Shown one piece after another: positions 1 to 8,560 of a stretch of 37,762 nt of DNA. The notes under the pieces are model-generated. The model searched no databases. It saw only the letters and a list, made by a program, of their open reading frames with translations, and was not told the DNA's origin. The position numbers were made by a program, and so were the translations under genes. This DNA comes from a virus. The DNA is taken from IMG/VR virus record IMGVR_UViG_3300013308_000012; one strand, given 5' to 3'. Numbering within the stretch: position 1 is the first letter of the stretch; the number at the start of each line of letters is the position of its first letter.

Positions 1-123
1 CGGCACGCAGCGAAAGACTGCGAAAGACCGCGAAAAGAAAAACCGCCAAGGCTTGGGGCTATTGGCGGCTTTGGGGAACTCTACGAAACAAGGTGTAAAT
101 AGGTGTGGTGCCCGAGACAGGAA
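1..123. repeat. Left copy of the 123-bp terminal direct repeat (att core, or assembly overlap)
   Basis: Bases 1-123 are identical to 37640-37762 when read by eye. The sequences diverge immediately after base 123. Confidence 0.9.
36..70 (-). terminator. Intrinsic terminator downstream of the tRNA 3' end, inside the repeat; second copy at 37675-37709
   Basis: The minus strand reads CCGCCAA-(12 nt)-TTGGCGG followed by TTTTTCTTTT. A-runs on the other side make it potentially bidirectional. Confidence 0.6.
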
Positions 124-181
124 CCTAACTCATGCGGAAAACCTCAGTGTTTGCTGGGGTTTTCCAGATAGCTGTCCTGCC

Positions 182-201
182 AATGTACTAAACGATGTAC
201 T
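182..201 (+). promoter_or_regulatory. Two direct copies of (A/G)ATGTACT, candidate integrase arm-type sites on the P' side
   Basis: AATGTACT lies at 182-189 and GATGTACT at 194-201. The same 8-9-mer recurs next to int at 37584-37630. Confidence 0.45.
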
Positions 202-204
202 TTT

Positions 205-1572
205 TCACTGCTGCTGGTGCGCCATTACCTGTGGGAGTAGCGGACTGCGAAGGAACATCACAGCATGGACGTACAGGGTATTAATGGCGTAGCTGCGCGA
301 CTTCTGCAACTGGTTGACGTTGGTGTTCGGAACGATGGCCCCGACAGTCGGGTTAAAGAAAATCGGTTTGGCGCCAATCGAGCGGATGTAGTCGAGCAGA
401 TAAGTCATCTGCCGTTGAAGGTCTTCGTTCGACGTGTTGGCGTAATAGTTGTTGGTGCCCACCATGATCCACACATAGTCCGGCTTTTCGGGGGCAACGT
501 CCTTGAAGAACCTGGCGACCATCTGATCGATCCGATTTCCCACAATGCCCTTGCTGACCACTACCGCCTTGTCCAGGCGCTTGATCAAGCGATAGTGGAA
601 ATCGCCACCGGAAACAAACCAGCTGTCGCCGAACAGCACGTGCTTGCCGTGGTTCAAGTCCTCAGGCTGGGACAACGCATGGTAATGGGTGATCGACCCA
701 GGGTAGAAAACAGAATCGCCAGAGTTCGGCACTGTCACCTTGATCCGCACTTTGCTGCCCGCGACGATGGTGTACGGGATGTCCTGAGAAATGATTGTGT
801 CGTCGCGGTTTACCCGCACCTTCGCCGCCTCAATGACTTCACCGGTCTTGCGCAACTCCGCCACCGAGATATCCAGCACGGCAGACTGCTTGCCAGCCTG
901 GGTGCCTGGATTGATGACCACGTTCGTGACCATGTTCTCGTAAAGCATGACCTCGGGCTTGGAGGCGACACCACCACCGGCGGTTTGCGTCCGCACGGCC
1001 ATAGCCAAACCGTCTTCAACCTGGCCGCCTACGCCGCCGTAATCCACAGTCGCCACGCTGGTGACTTGGGCCCCATTGATGGGCTCCCAACCTGATGACA
1101 CCTTGAACTGCGCAGCCCTGCGCAACATCGGCCGGATGCTCAGCTGGCGGAGCGCATCGTCAGCAACACAAGCGAACCCGTATTTATTGGCGTGAGCATC
1201 GTTGTTGTAGAAATTGTAGACCTTGCCGCCAGCCGCTATCGGGCTGGGCAATGGCCGATCTATTTGCAAGACACCATCAGTGACGGCCTTGACCACTACC
1301 GGATAGAAGGTTTTGTCCTCAGCCTCGTAGCAGGCCAATTGACCGCGGCTGAAACCAGAAGTGTTCGAAACAAGGATTGTGAAGCTGCCCGCCAGGGCTG
1401 GAGCATTGGCGGACGCCTCGACGACTGCGCCGGGCTCGGTTGGATACCAACCGACGCCGGACAGAGTGCCAAAATGCAGATCGACAAACGCCGGATTCAA
1501 GTCACGAGCGGGCTGGGCCGCGACTGAAAAGGAAGTTATCAGGCAAAGGAGTAAAGCGAGGGGGTAACGCAT
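205..1572 (-). CDS. Signal-peptide-bearing SGNH/GDSL-hydrolase-like protein, paralogue of the tail-fibre C-terminal region
   Basis: ORF track 205..1647. The ATG at 1572 gives the N-terminus MRYPLALLLCLITSFSVAAQP, which looks like a Sec signal. SGNH blocks FGDSWF, GN and VGTNNYY are present. The product aligns over most of its length with the distal part of the 1623..3974 product; the SGNH segment is about 50-55% identical by eye and the rest is weaker. Confidence 0.75.
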   Translation of the reverse strand: MRYPLALLLCLITSFSVAAQPARDLNPAFVDLHFGTLSGVGWYPTEPGAVVEASANAPALAGSFTILVSNTSGFSRGQLACYEAEDKTFYPVVVKAVTDGVLQIDRPLPSPIAAGGKVYNFYNNDAHANKYGFACVADDALRQLSIRPMLRRAAQFKVSSGWEPINGAQVTSVATVDYGGVGGQVEDGLAMAVRTQTAGGGVASKPEVMLYENMVTNVVINPGTQAGKQSAVLDISVAELRKTGEVIEAAKVRVNRDDTIISQDIPYTIVAGSKVRIKVTVPNSGDSVFYPGSITHYHALSQPEDLNHGKHVLFGDSWFVSGGDFHYRLIKRLDKAVVVSKGIVGNRIDQMVARFFKDVAPEKPDYVWIMVGTNNYYANTSNEDLQRQMTYLLDYIRSIGAKPIFFNPTVGAIVPNTNVNQLQKSRSYAINTLYVHAVMFLRSPLLPQVMAHQQQ

Positions 1573-1622
1573 GCGGGACAAATCCGTCCATGAATGTGCC
1601 CGCATTATTACATAGAGGTCGG

Positions 1623-3974
1623 CTAGACCAGCGATTGCTGCCAGCAAATGTCGGCAACCATCGTCGCTGTTATTGGCGAACCTGTCGTGTTGAGTACCCG
1701 CAGCGCCACAAACAGCAAATTAGTGTCGGTTCGTGGCGCAAGCTGATCCTTATACGGCCCAACCCCTGGAAAGGATGTTACGTCTACTCCGCCAGCGCCA
1801 TCAGCGGCGGACGCATAAAAGACGCCCAGACTTAGCCCGGCGTTCGATGATGCTAGAAAACGCGCAATAGCCGGAAGCCGCGTATGGCCAGGGCTGATAG
1901 CAAGAACCACAACGGCAGAAGCCGCGACCGTAATGGCCTGGCTTACGGTGAAATTCCGTTGCACCGTACCGGCACCATTCGGCTGAAGCTCCTGGCCGTG
2001 GTAGCGCACGCCAAGAGCATAGCGGCGCGAGGTCAGCAACTGGTTGCCGCCGCCCAGCGTTGGAGCAAACGCGCCAACCGCCGCCGTGAAGAAGATCGGC
2101 TGCGCCCCAATGTTTTGGATAAGCGTTTTGAGCTGAAGGATCTGCTGCTCGAACAGGGCTGGCGTGACGGCTGCGTAATAGTCGTTGGTGCCGATCATGA
2201 TCCACACATAATCCGGCGCGCTCGGGATCACGTCAGCAGCGAAACGGGCGATCAAGTCGGAGGCTTTGTTGCCGGACACGCCCTTATTGATGATCGTGGC
2301 CTTCGGCAGACGCGTCACCAGGCGGTTGTAGATGTCGCCGCCCGCAAACCAGCTGTCGCCCAGAAGGACGTGCTTTCCTCGGTTGAGGGTGTTGAGGAAG
2401 CCAGCCTGGCGGTGATAGCTGATCGGCCCAGGGTAAAAGGTGAAGCCACCACCATTCGGCGACGTTAGGCGGATGCGCACTGAGCTGCCTTGGCGCACGC
2501 TAAACGGAACGTCTTTGGACACGATGCCGCTGTAGCTCAGGATGCCGGTCAGTGAGGCGATCTGAAAGGTGGTGCCGTCGTCAAGCAGCTCGTCGATGGC
2601 GATGTCTACCGAGCCAGAAAACCCGCCAGTCCGTGTGCCAGGGTTGAGGACCACGTTCGCCCGGTAATCGCCACCCTGAAGCCCGACCCACGACGACGAA
2701 CACCCAGCGTTGACGGTGTTGCTGAACACCGAAATGGCGCGTTCGCCGATGGATCCGCCGCCCGGGTTGGAATAGGTCGTGCTGTTTGGGTTGAGGGTCA
2801 GTGTTGCGCCGAGGATGGCCGACCAAATCGCCCCGTCCTTGGCCAGGTATTCCAGGCGGGAAACGCGCTTTGCGGCCAACTGGCGCAGCGCATCATCAGC
2901 GACAGCGTTGAAGCCATACAGGTTGCCGTGGGCGTCGTCGCGAAACCAGTTGTACACAGGAGCGCCGGAACTGATCGAAACAGTCAGCTGGCGGTCAAGC
3001 CGAATGATCGGCCCCGCAAGAATGGCCCCGACTGTGCCGGTGTAGTACTCCCCGTTGGACGCCAGCCAGCAGATTAACTGCCCCTGATAGAACGTTGCCG
3101 AGCTGACCACAGGGATATCGGTAGAGTTGACCGTCACGCCCGCCGTGGTCAGCGTTGACACCACGTTGCCCGGTTCTGTTGCGGTCCAGCCGGTGCCGGC
3201 CTGGGTGCCGTAGTGCAGATCGATCACGGCGGGTTCGATGGTGTTGTAAAAGCTGTTGTCGGTGATCAGTTTGAGGTCGGTGATTTGATTGTTCGCATCC
3301 ACTGCGTTTGCATCGACCTCGGCGTTGATCGCCAGCAACTCGCCGCGCACGGTCGTGTTGTTGTGACCGATACCGGCAGATCCCAGTAGTGGATCGTTCT
3401 TTGTGGCGAGAGTGGAAAGCGCTCTGGCAATGCCATCCGGATACACATAGACGACGTTGGCGGCGTTGTTGATTGGACCTTGCCCAGTGGCCAGGATGCT
3501 GGCGACGTAGGCCTCAACAGAGGCTTTGGTGGCGGCATCCTGCGATTCAACGGGGTCGTGCAAATTTCGAATGCCGTTACCCTTCGCCAGGTACCAGCCC
3601 TGCCCGTCAATATCCAGATTGCCCAGCGTCAGCGCTCTAACGCTGTAGCGGAACAATTGCTTGAGAGCCTGCCAGATTCGGTCAAAGTCACGGTTCACTG
3701 TTGACGCTAGGAAATCTCCGTTTTCCTGATAATCAACGAGCCGCTGAAATGGAACGTTGAGAACAAGGTACAGATCCCCCAGCGGAGCAACGGAAAACGT
3801 GATGGTACTGGATGGATCACCGACACCGGTGATCGTGAAGCCCGTGGTGATTTCCGTGCCATTGAGAAAGACGTCGAGGTCGCCAGCTTCGATCAGCAGA
3901 AAGGGGATGGTGTAGGAAAGTGAAACACCGTTGGCGGCATAGCGCTTTTCCGGCGGAACGTTTTGAACTGTCAT
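1623..3974 (-). CDS. Tail fibre/tailspike with a T7-family N-terminal attachment domain and an SGNH-esterase-like domain
   Basis: The N-terminus (...FQRLVDYQENGDFLASTVNRDFDRIW...) resembles a podovirus tail-fibre adaptor domain. Blocks LGDSWF, GVSGN and IGTNDYY are present. The ATG at 3974 is preceded by AAGGGG. Confidence 0.75.
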   Translation of the reverse strand: MTVQNVPPEKRYAANGVSLSYTIPFLLIEAGDLDVFLNGTEITTGFTITGVGDPSSTITFSVAPLGDLYLVLNVPFQRLVDYQENGDFLASTVNRDFDRIWQALKQLFRYSVRALTLGNLDIDGQGWYLAKGNGIRNLHDPVESQDAATKASVEAYVASILATGQGPINNAANVVYVYPDGIARALSTLATKNDPLLGSAGIGHNNTTVRGELLAINAEVDANAVDANNQITDLKLITDNSFYNTIEPAVIDLHYGTQAGTGWTATEPGNVVSTLTTAGVTVNSTDIPVVSSATFYQGQLICWLASNGEYYTGTVGAILAGPIIRLDRQLTVSISSGAPVYNWFRDDAHGNLYGFNAVADDALRQLAAKRVSRLEYLAKDGAIWSAILGATLTLNPNSTTYSNPGGGSIGERAISVFSNTVNAGCSSSWVGLQGGDYRANVVLNPGTRTGGFSGSVDIAIDELLDDGTTFQIASLTGILSYSGIVSKDVPFSVRQGSSVRIRLTSPNGGGFTFYPGPISYHRQAGFLNTLNRGKHVLLGDSWFAGGDIYNRLVTRLPKATIINKGVSGNKASDLIARFAADVIPSAPDYVWIMIGTNDYYAAVTPALFEQQILQLKTLIQNIGAQPIFFTAAVGAFAPTLGGGNQLLTSRRYALGVRYHGQELQPNGAGTVQRNFTVSQAITVAASAVVVLAISPGHTRLPAIARFLASSNAGLSLGVFYASAADGAGGVDVTSFPGVGPYKDQLAPRTDTNLLFVALRVLNTTGSPITATMVADICWQQSLV

Positions 3975-3999
3975 GCTGAGCCCCTTTGGTGGTGGCGGG

Positions 4000-5625
4000 C
4001 TAGTAGTCCACTTGAACCTCATGCACGCCCGCATCTGGGCGCCAATCGTCCCGCCGAGCCTCTGTCGGTTTCCCGACTATTCGGCCAATGCGTACAGGGG
4101 TTGAGCTGATGGCGCCGGCACCGGAGTCGATGTAGTCGTCATCCTGGTTGTTCACCGCCGGGTTGAAGTCGCGCATCTGATCCCACACCGGACCGCGCAG
4201 CACATCGACGTGCGCCCACAGGAAGTGCGCCGACAGTGGCGACTCGAAGGCGTCGAGAATTCGCTTCTGTTTGTTGACGGTCGAATGCTCTTCGCCGACC
4301 CCGCACCCGGTGCCCTTCAGCGCCTGCTTTAGGATGGTGGGCACGAAGCCGCCCGGTCCGTTGGTTTCGACGATGACGCGGGGGATCTGGTACTTGATGA
4401 CCAACTCTCGCACCTGGTGCACTTGGCCGCCGATGATCCGGTCTTTGCTGTCGAACTCCGCGATTTCACCGGTCAGCCCTTCGGCAACGTGCCAATACAG
4501 CTGACCTCTGGCGTCGGTCAGCAGAAGCGAGAATGCCGAGGCGTCGGATTTGATCTTGCCCAGCGAGCAGTCCCAGTAAGCGACGGCACCGACGATCTGG
4601 GTTGAGCCCAAGAACATGGCCGCCGCACCGTTGGCGTAGCGCATGGTGGGCTGAACGTCGTAGGGAACAATACGGGCCGGGTCCAAGCGAACCTCCGTGA
4701 CGGGCTTCGAGTGCAGCTGATACTGCGAATCCCATTCGTTGATGGTGCGGGTTTCACGCCGGCGGGTTTCCAGCGTTGCCAAGTCGAAACGCTCTGGCCA
4801 GGCGCTGCCGGCGTAGCAATCGACCAGCGTTCCGGGTGGCGCAAAGAAGGCAATGCCGGTTTTCGTCAGCTGATAATCCTTGCCGGCCACCAGCACCCTG
4901 GCGTGCTTGCCGATGCCGGAGAACACCACGTCCGGCACAAAAGGCACGTCATAGGCGACCAGCCTCGCGTCTTCAATACGGTGCTCTTGCGCGAACATGC
5001 GGATAGTCAGGCAGTCGGCACCCATGCTTTCGATTTCGTCATACAGGCTGTCATGGGTGTGGGGTGTGCCGATGTACAGCTTGGAGCCGCCGGGCACGAG
5101 GATGTGTGTCTGCTCGCCGAGGCGGTAGCGCAGCTTTTCCCGTGCCTCGGGGGTGGCGATGTTGCGCGGAACCTCGACGTCATCGTTCTGGCATTCATCC
5201 GCTCGCGCCGAGGTGACGTTGGAGAGGATGCCCTTGGCGAACATGCTGGCGTTCCGGTGATCCACTGCCCCAACAACCCACCACTGTTCAACCTTGCCGT
5301 GATTGGGTGGCAGCATGTGCCGGGTCAGCGGGTGATTGCGCAGGACGTTCTGGGTGTCACGGCTTGTCTTGTAGGCAGTCGGGTCCGATTCCGACTGGTG
5401 AAGAATCCGAAAGGTGGGGTTTTTGTAGTAAAGCCAGGCGTTGTAGATCGCCAGCAAGGTCGACTTGCCGAAGCCCCGGAAGCAACGCAAAACGGCCAGA
5501 GGACCTTTGGCCTCCAGCCATATCAATGCTTGAACGTGGATAACCGGAACATCCCACCGCATGCGCCGGGCCCACAGCATAAAGAAAATCAGTAGGCTGA
5601 CTTTCTTCTCCGGGTCAGTGGACAT
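4000..5625 (-). CDS. terL: Terminase large subunit (T7 gp19-like)
   Basis: It has a P-loop-like CFRGFGKST and acidic nuclease-type motifs. It sits after the small terminase-like gene. The ATG at 5625 (MSTDPEKK) overlaps the upstream stop. Confidence 0.8.
   Translation of the reverse strand: MSTDPEKKVSLLIFFMLWARRMRWDVPVIHVQALIWLEAKGPLAVLRCFRGFGKSTLLAIYNAWLYYKNPTFRILHQSESDPTAYKTSRDTQNVLRNHPLTRHMLPPNHGKVEQWWVVGAVDHRNASMFAKGILSNVTSARADECQNDDVEVPRNIATPEAREKLRYRLGEQTHILVPGGSKLYIGTPHTHDSLYDEIESMGADCLTIRMFAQEHRIEDARLVAYDVPFVPDVVFSGIGKHARVLVAGKDYQLTKTGIAFFAPPGTLVDCYAGSAWPERFDLATLETRRRETRTINEWDSQYQLHSKPVTEVRLDPARIVPYDVQPTMRYANGAAAMFLGSTQIVGAVAYWDCSLGKIKSDASAFSLLLTDARGQLYWHVAEGLTGEIAEFDSKDRIIGGQVHQVRELVIKYQIPRVIVETNGPGGFVPTILKQALKGTGCGVGEEHSTVNKQKRILDAFESPLSAHFLWAHVDVLRGPVWDQMRDFNPAVNNQDDDYIDSGAGAISSTPVRIGRIVGKPTEARRDDWRPDAGVHEVQVDY
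4063..4082 (-). promoter_or_regulatory. Late-region 20-nt motif, copy E
   Basis: The minus strand reads GAATAGTCGGGAAACCGACA. The copy lies inside the last 30 codons of terL (read in frame as RIVGKPTE), 88 nt upstream of the tail-fibre ATG. Confidence 0.55.
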
Positions 5626-5953
5626 GACCGCCCTTTTGCATGCGGTCGATAATGGCCTGTGCTGCTCGTTCGGCGGCCGCCAGTTCACCATCCAGCTCAT
5701 CGGCGGCATCGCCTGCATCCTTGCCCGGTTTCTGCTTGTTCAGAATTCCGGTGATGTTGACCACCTTGAGCAGCAGGGTCATGGTTGCTGCGGCGTTTTT
5801 CTTGCTCCAATACCGATCGCCCCGCTCCTGCTGGGTGAGGTCTGCCGGATCCTTCGCCGCCCCCGGCCAGTTACCCGGGTCAACCTCGTGGATTACAACC
5901 TCGCCCAGGCTTTCGCTGAGTGCTTGCAGGCGTGCAACTTGATCTTCACGCAT
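5615..5953 (-). CDS. Putative terminase small subunit (call based on position)
   Basis: 112-aa ORF immediately upstream of terL and overlapping it. No motif-level support. Confidence 0.5.
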   Translation of the reverse strand: MREDQVARLQALSESLGEVVIHEVDPGNWPGAAKDPADLTQQERGDRYWSKKNAAATMTLLLKVVNITGILNKQKPGKDAGDAADELDGELAAAERAAQAIIDRMQKGGHVH

Positions 5954-5954
5954 A

Positions 5955-8495
5955 TCACTTCGCTCCTACAGCTGCGCCAAGGTTTGGGCCGCGATCCGGG
6001 GCCGCATCGCCCGGCTCCCACCAATACGATTGTTTGAATTCCTTCTTCGCTCGCTGCTTCATGCGGCGCAGATAACCGGGCGAGAAGTAGTCCTGCAATT
6101 GGTTAAAAATCAGGTGATCGGTGGCGGCCTTCGTGTACCAGAGGTTCGCCGCGGGCAAGTGACTCTTGGCCAGCTTCACCAGCTTGGCGCCGGTCTGGTT
6201 GACCTCGCCCGAGGCGGCGTTGTCCTTCAGCTTGAACACTTGCTCGATATCGCCAGCGATAGGGCCGCCAAGGGCCGCCAGCGGCGAGCTGCCGCCCTGC
6301 GAGTTGTCGGAGAACAGGAAGTCACCGTAGAGCCCCATCGCCCCGCCCTTGAGCATGGAGGCGATGCCAAAGCGCAGGCCCGGCACGCCCAGCGTTCCAT
6401 CGTCGGTGATATTCTTCGGGTCGCGGCCGCTGGCCACTTCGTTTAGCTGAATGGCCATGCCGCCCAGCACGGTGGTGGTGGCAACCAATGCACCGAGATA
6501 GCCGGCCTTTCCCCAGCCCTCTTGGGCCATGCCGCGCCGACCATGCCGCATCACCATGCCGATGGAGAAGCTTTTGAACTGCCAGAACGAGCGCAGCAGT
6601 TCGCCTTTGACGGTGCCGCGCTCGACACCTCCGTGCATCATGGCTTTCTCGCGGGCGCCGGGTTCAATGATCGCCATGTTGGTTTCATCCAGCACGGTGC
6701 CAAGCAGCTTGGTGGCGGCCTGATCCTTGAGCCGCTGCGGGGTTGTGTTGAGCTGGCGAGCAAGCGGCACCAGATCAGCGTCAGCGATGCGGTAGATGCT
6801 GTTCGCGGTCAGCACGGTGTCGCCCACGCCGCGCCAGTCTTCAGGCTGCGCCAGCTTCCACACTGCCCAGTCGGTTTCGGTGACGCCCTGGCCGAGAAGG
6901 CGCTTGCTGTCTGCCGGATCCATTGCTGCAAGGGTCGGGTGCCGGCGAGACATATCGCCGATGGTGTCCATCATGGTGGCGCCGAACGCCCGCTGCGTGC
7001 CGGCGGTCAAGGCGTTGAGGCCAGACGCCTGCATCACCTTGCTGGCGGCGGTCTGTGAGAACTTCGAAACCCGGCCCGATATCTGTTCGGTGCTGCCCAG
7101 GCCGTCAGCGCCCCAGCGGTTGAGGCTGCCGATCAGTTGGTTAAGCCCAAGGCCTGCGCGCTGTGCCATGCGCCGATCACCAGCGTCCGCCGGGTTGAGC
7201 ATGCGCAGTTCATTGGCAAAAACCTTCATCACCGGCATCCCATTCATGGAGGCGGTGAGGCCCAGTGTCCCCTGATCGGTGACCGAAGTAAGCACAGCAG
7301 AACCCAGGCGGCTGGCCACGTTGAGCGCGCGGTAAGTCTCGAAGCCGTTAGCGATAGCAGCCGATGCTGGCGGCTCGCGGGTGCCGGCGACTTCCTCGTA
7401 AAGGTGTTCGATCTTTCGGCGCTGCTTGGCGGTCTTGTCGGTTTTGTTCGGATCGGCCTCGATCGTCACTTTCTGCCCTTCATCCAAGAAGTAACGCATC
7501 TGGTTATTCGGGTTTGGGCCGAGGGTTTCGACCAGGGCGATATCGCGGGATGCGCGATCAATGTGACCGATCAGCAACTCAAGAAGGTTGCGCTCGCCAT
7601 AGGCTTTCTGGGCGGCGATGAACGACTCGGCGTCCTTGTAGTGGATCTGCCGCGACTCGCTCCCACGGTTGGCGCGCATGCCGTTGCCGGCGACATTGCC
7701 GGGCTCCAGCTTGTTGACGCCGCCGGTGGCAAGGGTTGTCCACGCGTGGTTGAGGAAGTCGGTCAACTCGGCGTCATTCATCGGCGAGCCGTCTTCCTTC
7801 ATGTACTTGGCGCGGTTCGCCCACTGCACATGGTCGCTCACCCACTTACCCTGATCCTTGGCCACCTTCACCTGCGAGTGATCGCGCGGCATCGCCCAGT
7901 CATCGAGCAATCCGATATCGCCGCCGGCTCGGTTAAAGCGCTGGCGCAGTTGTTCGGTGGTGTCCTTGAACTGCTTGGCAGCGGTCTTGGCAGCGGCCAC
8001 GCCGGAATCCTCACCGTGCAGCTCGCGAACCAACGCCAGATTGCCGGCCTCGTCCTGGAACAAGCCCATGAACTTGCCTTTGGTCTGGTCGATCACTTCC
8101 AGCATGCGGCTGATCGCATCGTCACGGATGGCGCGGCTTGACGACTCAATCGACTGGATGCCGCTCTTGCCATCGCTGGAAAACGCCAACATTCGATCAA
8201 GCCCTTCAAGAGGCTGATCCGGGAAGCGCTTCATGTAACTGTCGATGCGGTCGTGAGCCAGGATCGTCAAGGCCACGCGCTTTTTCTTGAGCTGCTGCTC
8301 GGATACCAGTTCCTGCGCGGACTTGGTGGCGGCCTCGTTGAGCCGGTCAGCAGCAGTCTTGGATTGCCAAGTGGCGTCGGTCTGGGCTAGCTGGCGCATG
8401 TTGCGGCGCAACCGGTCCTCGATGCCCTGGATTTCTGGCTGCGTGAGGGATCGGCCGATGGCCTGGGTGACGGCTTGAATGCATTCGGCGCGCAT
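5955..8495 (-). CDS. Large internal virion / DNA-ejection protein (T7 gp16-position analogue)
   Basis: 846-aa ORF and the last of four consecutive genes after tail tubular B. It has a hydrophobic Gly/Ala-rich C-terminal segment. The SD GGAGG lies 4 nt upstream of the ATG at 8495. Confidence 0.65.
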   Translation of the reverse strand: MRAECIQAVTQAIGRSLTQPEIQGIEDRLRRNMRQLAQTDATWQSKTAADRLNEAATKSAQELVSEQQLKKKRVALTILAHDRIDSYMKRFPDQPLEGLDRMLAFSSDGKSGIQSIESSSRAIRDDAISRMLEVIDQTKGKFMGLFQDEAGNLALVRELHGEDSGVAAAKTAAKQFKDTTEQLRQRFNRAGGDIGLLDDWAMPRDHSQVKVAKDQGKWVSDHVQWANRAKYMKEDGSPMNDAELTDFLNHAWTTLATGGVNKLEPGNVAGNGMRANRGSESRQIHYKDAESFIAAQKAYGERNLLELLIGHIDRASRDIALVETLGPNPNNQMRYFLDEGQKVTIEADPNKTDKTAKQRRKIEHLYEEVAGTREPPASAAIANGFETYRALNVASRLGSAVLTSVTDQGTLGLTASMNGMPVMKVFANELRMLNPADAGDRRMAQRAGLGLNQLIGSLNRWGADGLGSTEQISGRVSKFSQTAASKVMQASGLNALTAGTQRAFGATMMDTIGDMSRRHPTLAAMDPADSKRLLGQGVTETDWAVWKLAQPEDWRGVGDTVLTANSIYRIADADLVPLARQLNTTPQRLKDQAATKLLGTVLDETNMAIIEPGAREKAMMHGGVERGTVKGELLRSFWQFKSFSIGMVMRHGRRGMAQEGWGKAGYLGALVATTTVLGGMAIQLNEVASGRDPKNITDDGTLGVPGLRFGIASMLKGGAMGLYGDFLFSDNSQGGSSPLAALGGPIAGDIEQVFKLKDNAASGEVNQTGAKLVKLAKSHLPAANLWYTKAATDHLIFNQLQDYFSPGYLRRMKQRAKKEFKQSYWWEPGDAAPDRGPNLGAAVGAK

Positions 8496-8540
8496 GGCCT
8501 GCCTCCTGTGGGAATGGAGGCAAGCCTATTGGGGCGGGGT

Positions 8541-8560
8541 AGACGGTTTCCCGACTATTT
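8541..8560 (-). promoter_or_regulatory. Late-region 20-nt motif, copy D
   Basis: The minus strand reads AAATAGTCGGGAAACCGTCT. It directly overlaps the upstream TAA stop and ends 45 nt upstream of the 8495 start. Confidence 0.55.

Noticed and set aside
104-190. A complete tRNA gene inside the left end
   Set aside because: Only the last 18 nt (T-stem 3' strand, acceptor strand and CCA) fit a tRNA. The sequence after base 123 has no matching acceptor 5' strand, D-arm or anticodon arm. It is an att-derived fragment.
205-3974. A diversity-generating retroelement acting on the duplicated tail-fibre domain
   Set aside because: The two copies are diverged throughout, about 50% protein identity at best, rather than forming a near-identical TR/VR pair with adenine-specific differences. 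No reverse-transcriptase ORF is present in the window.
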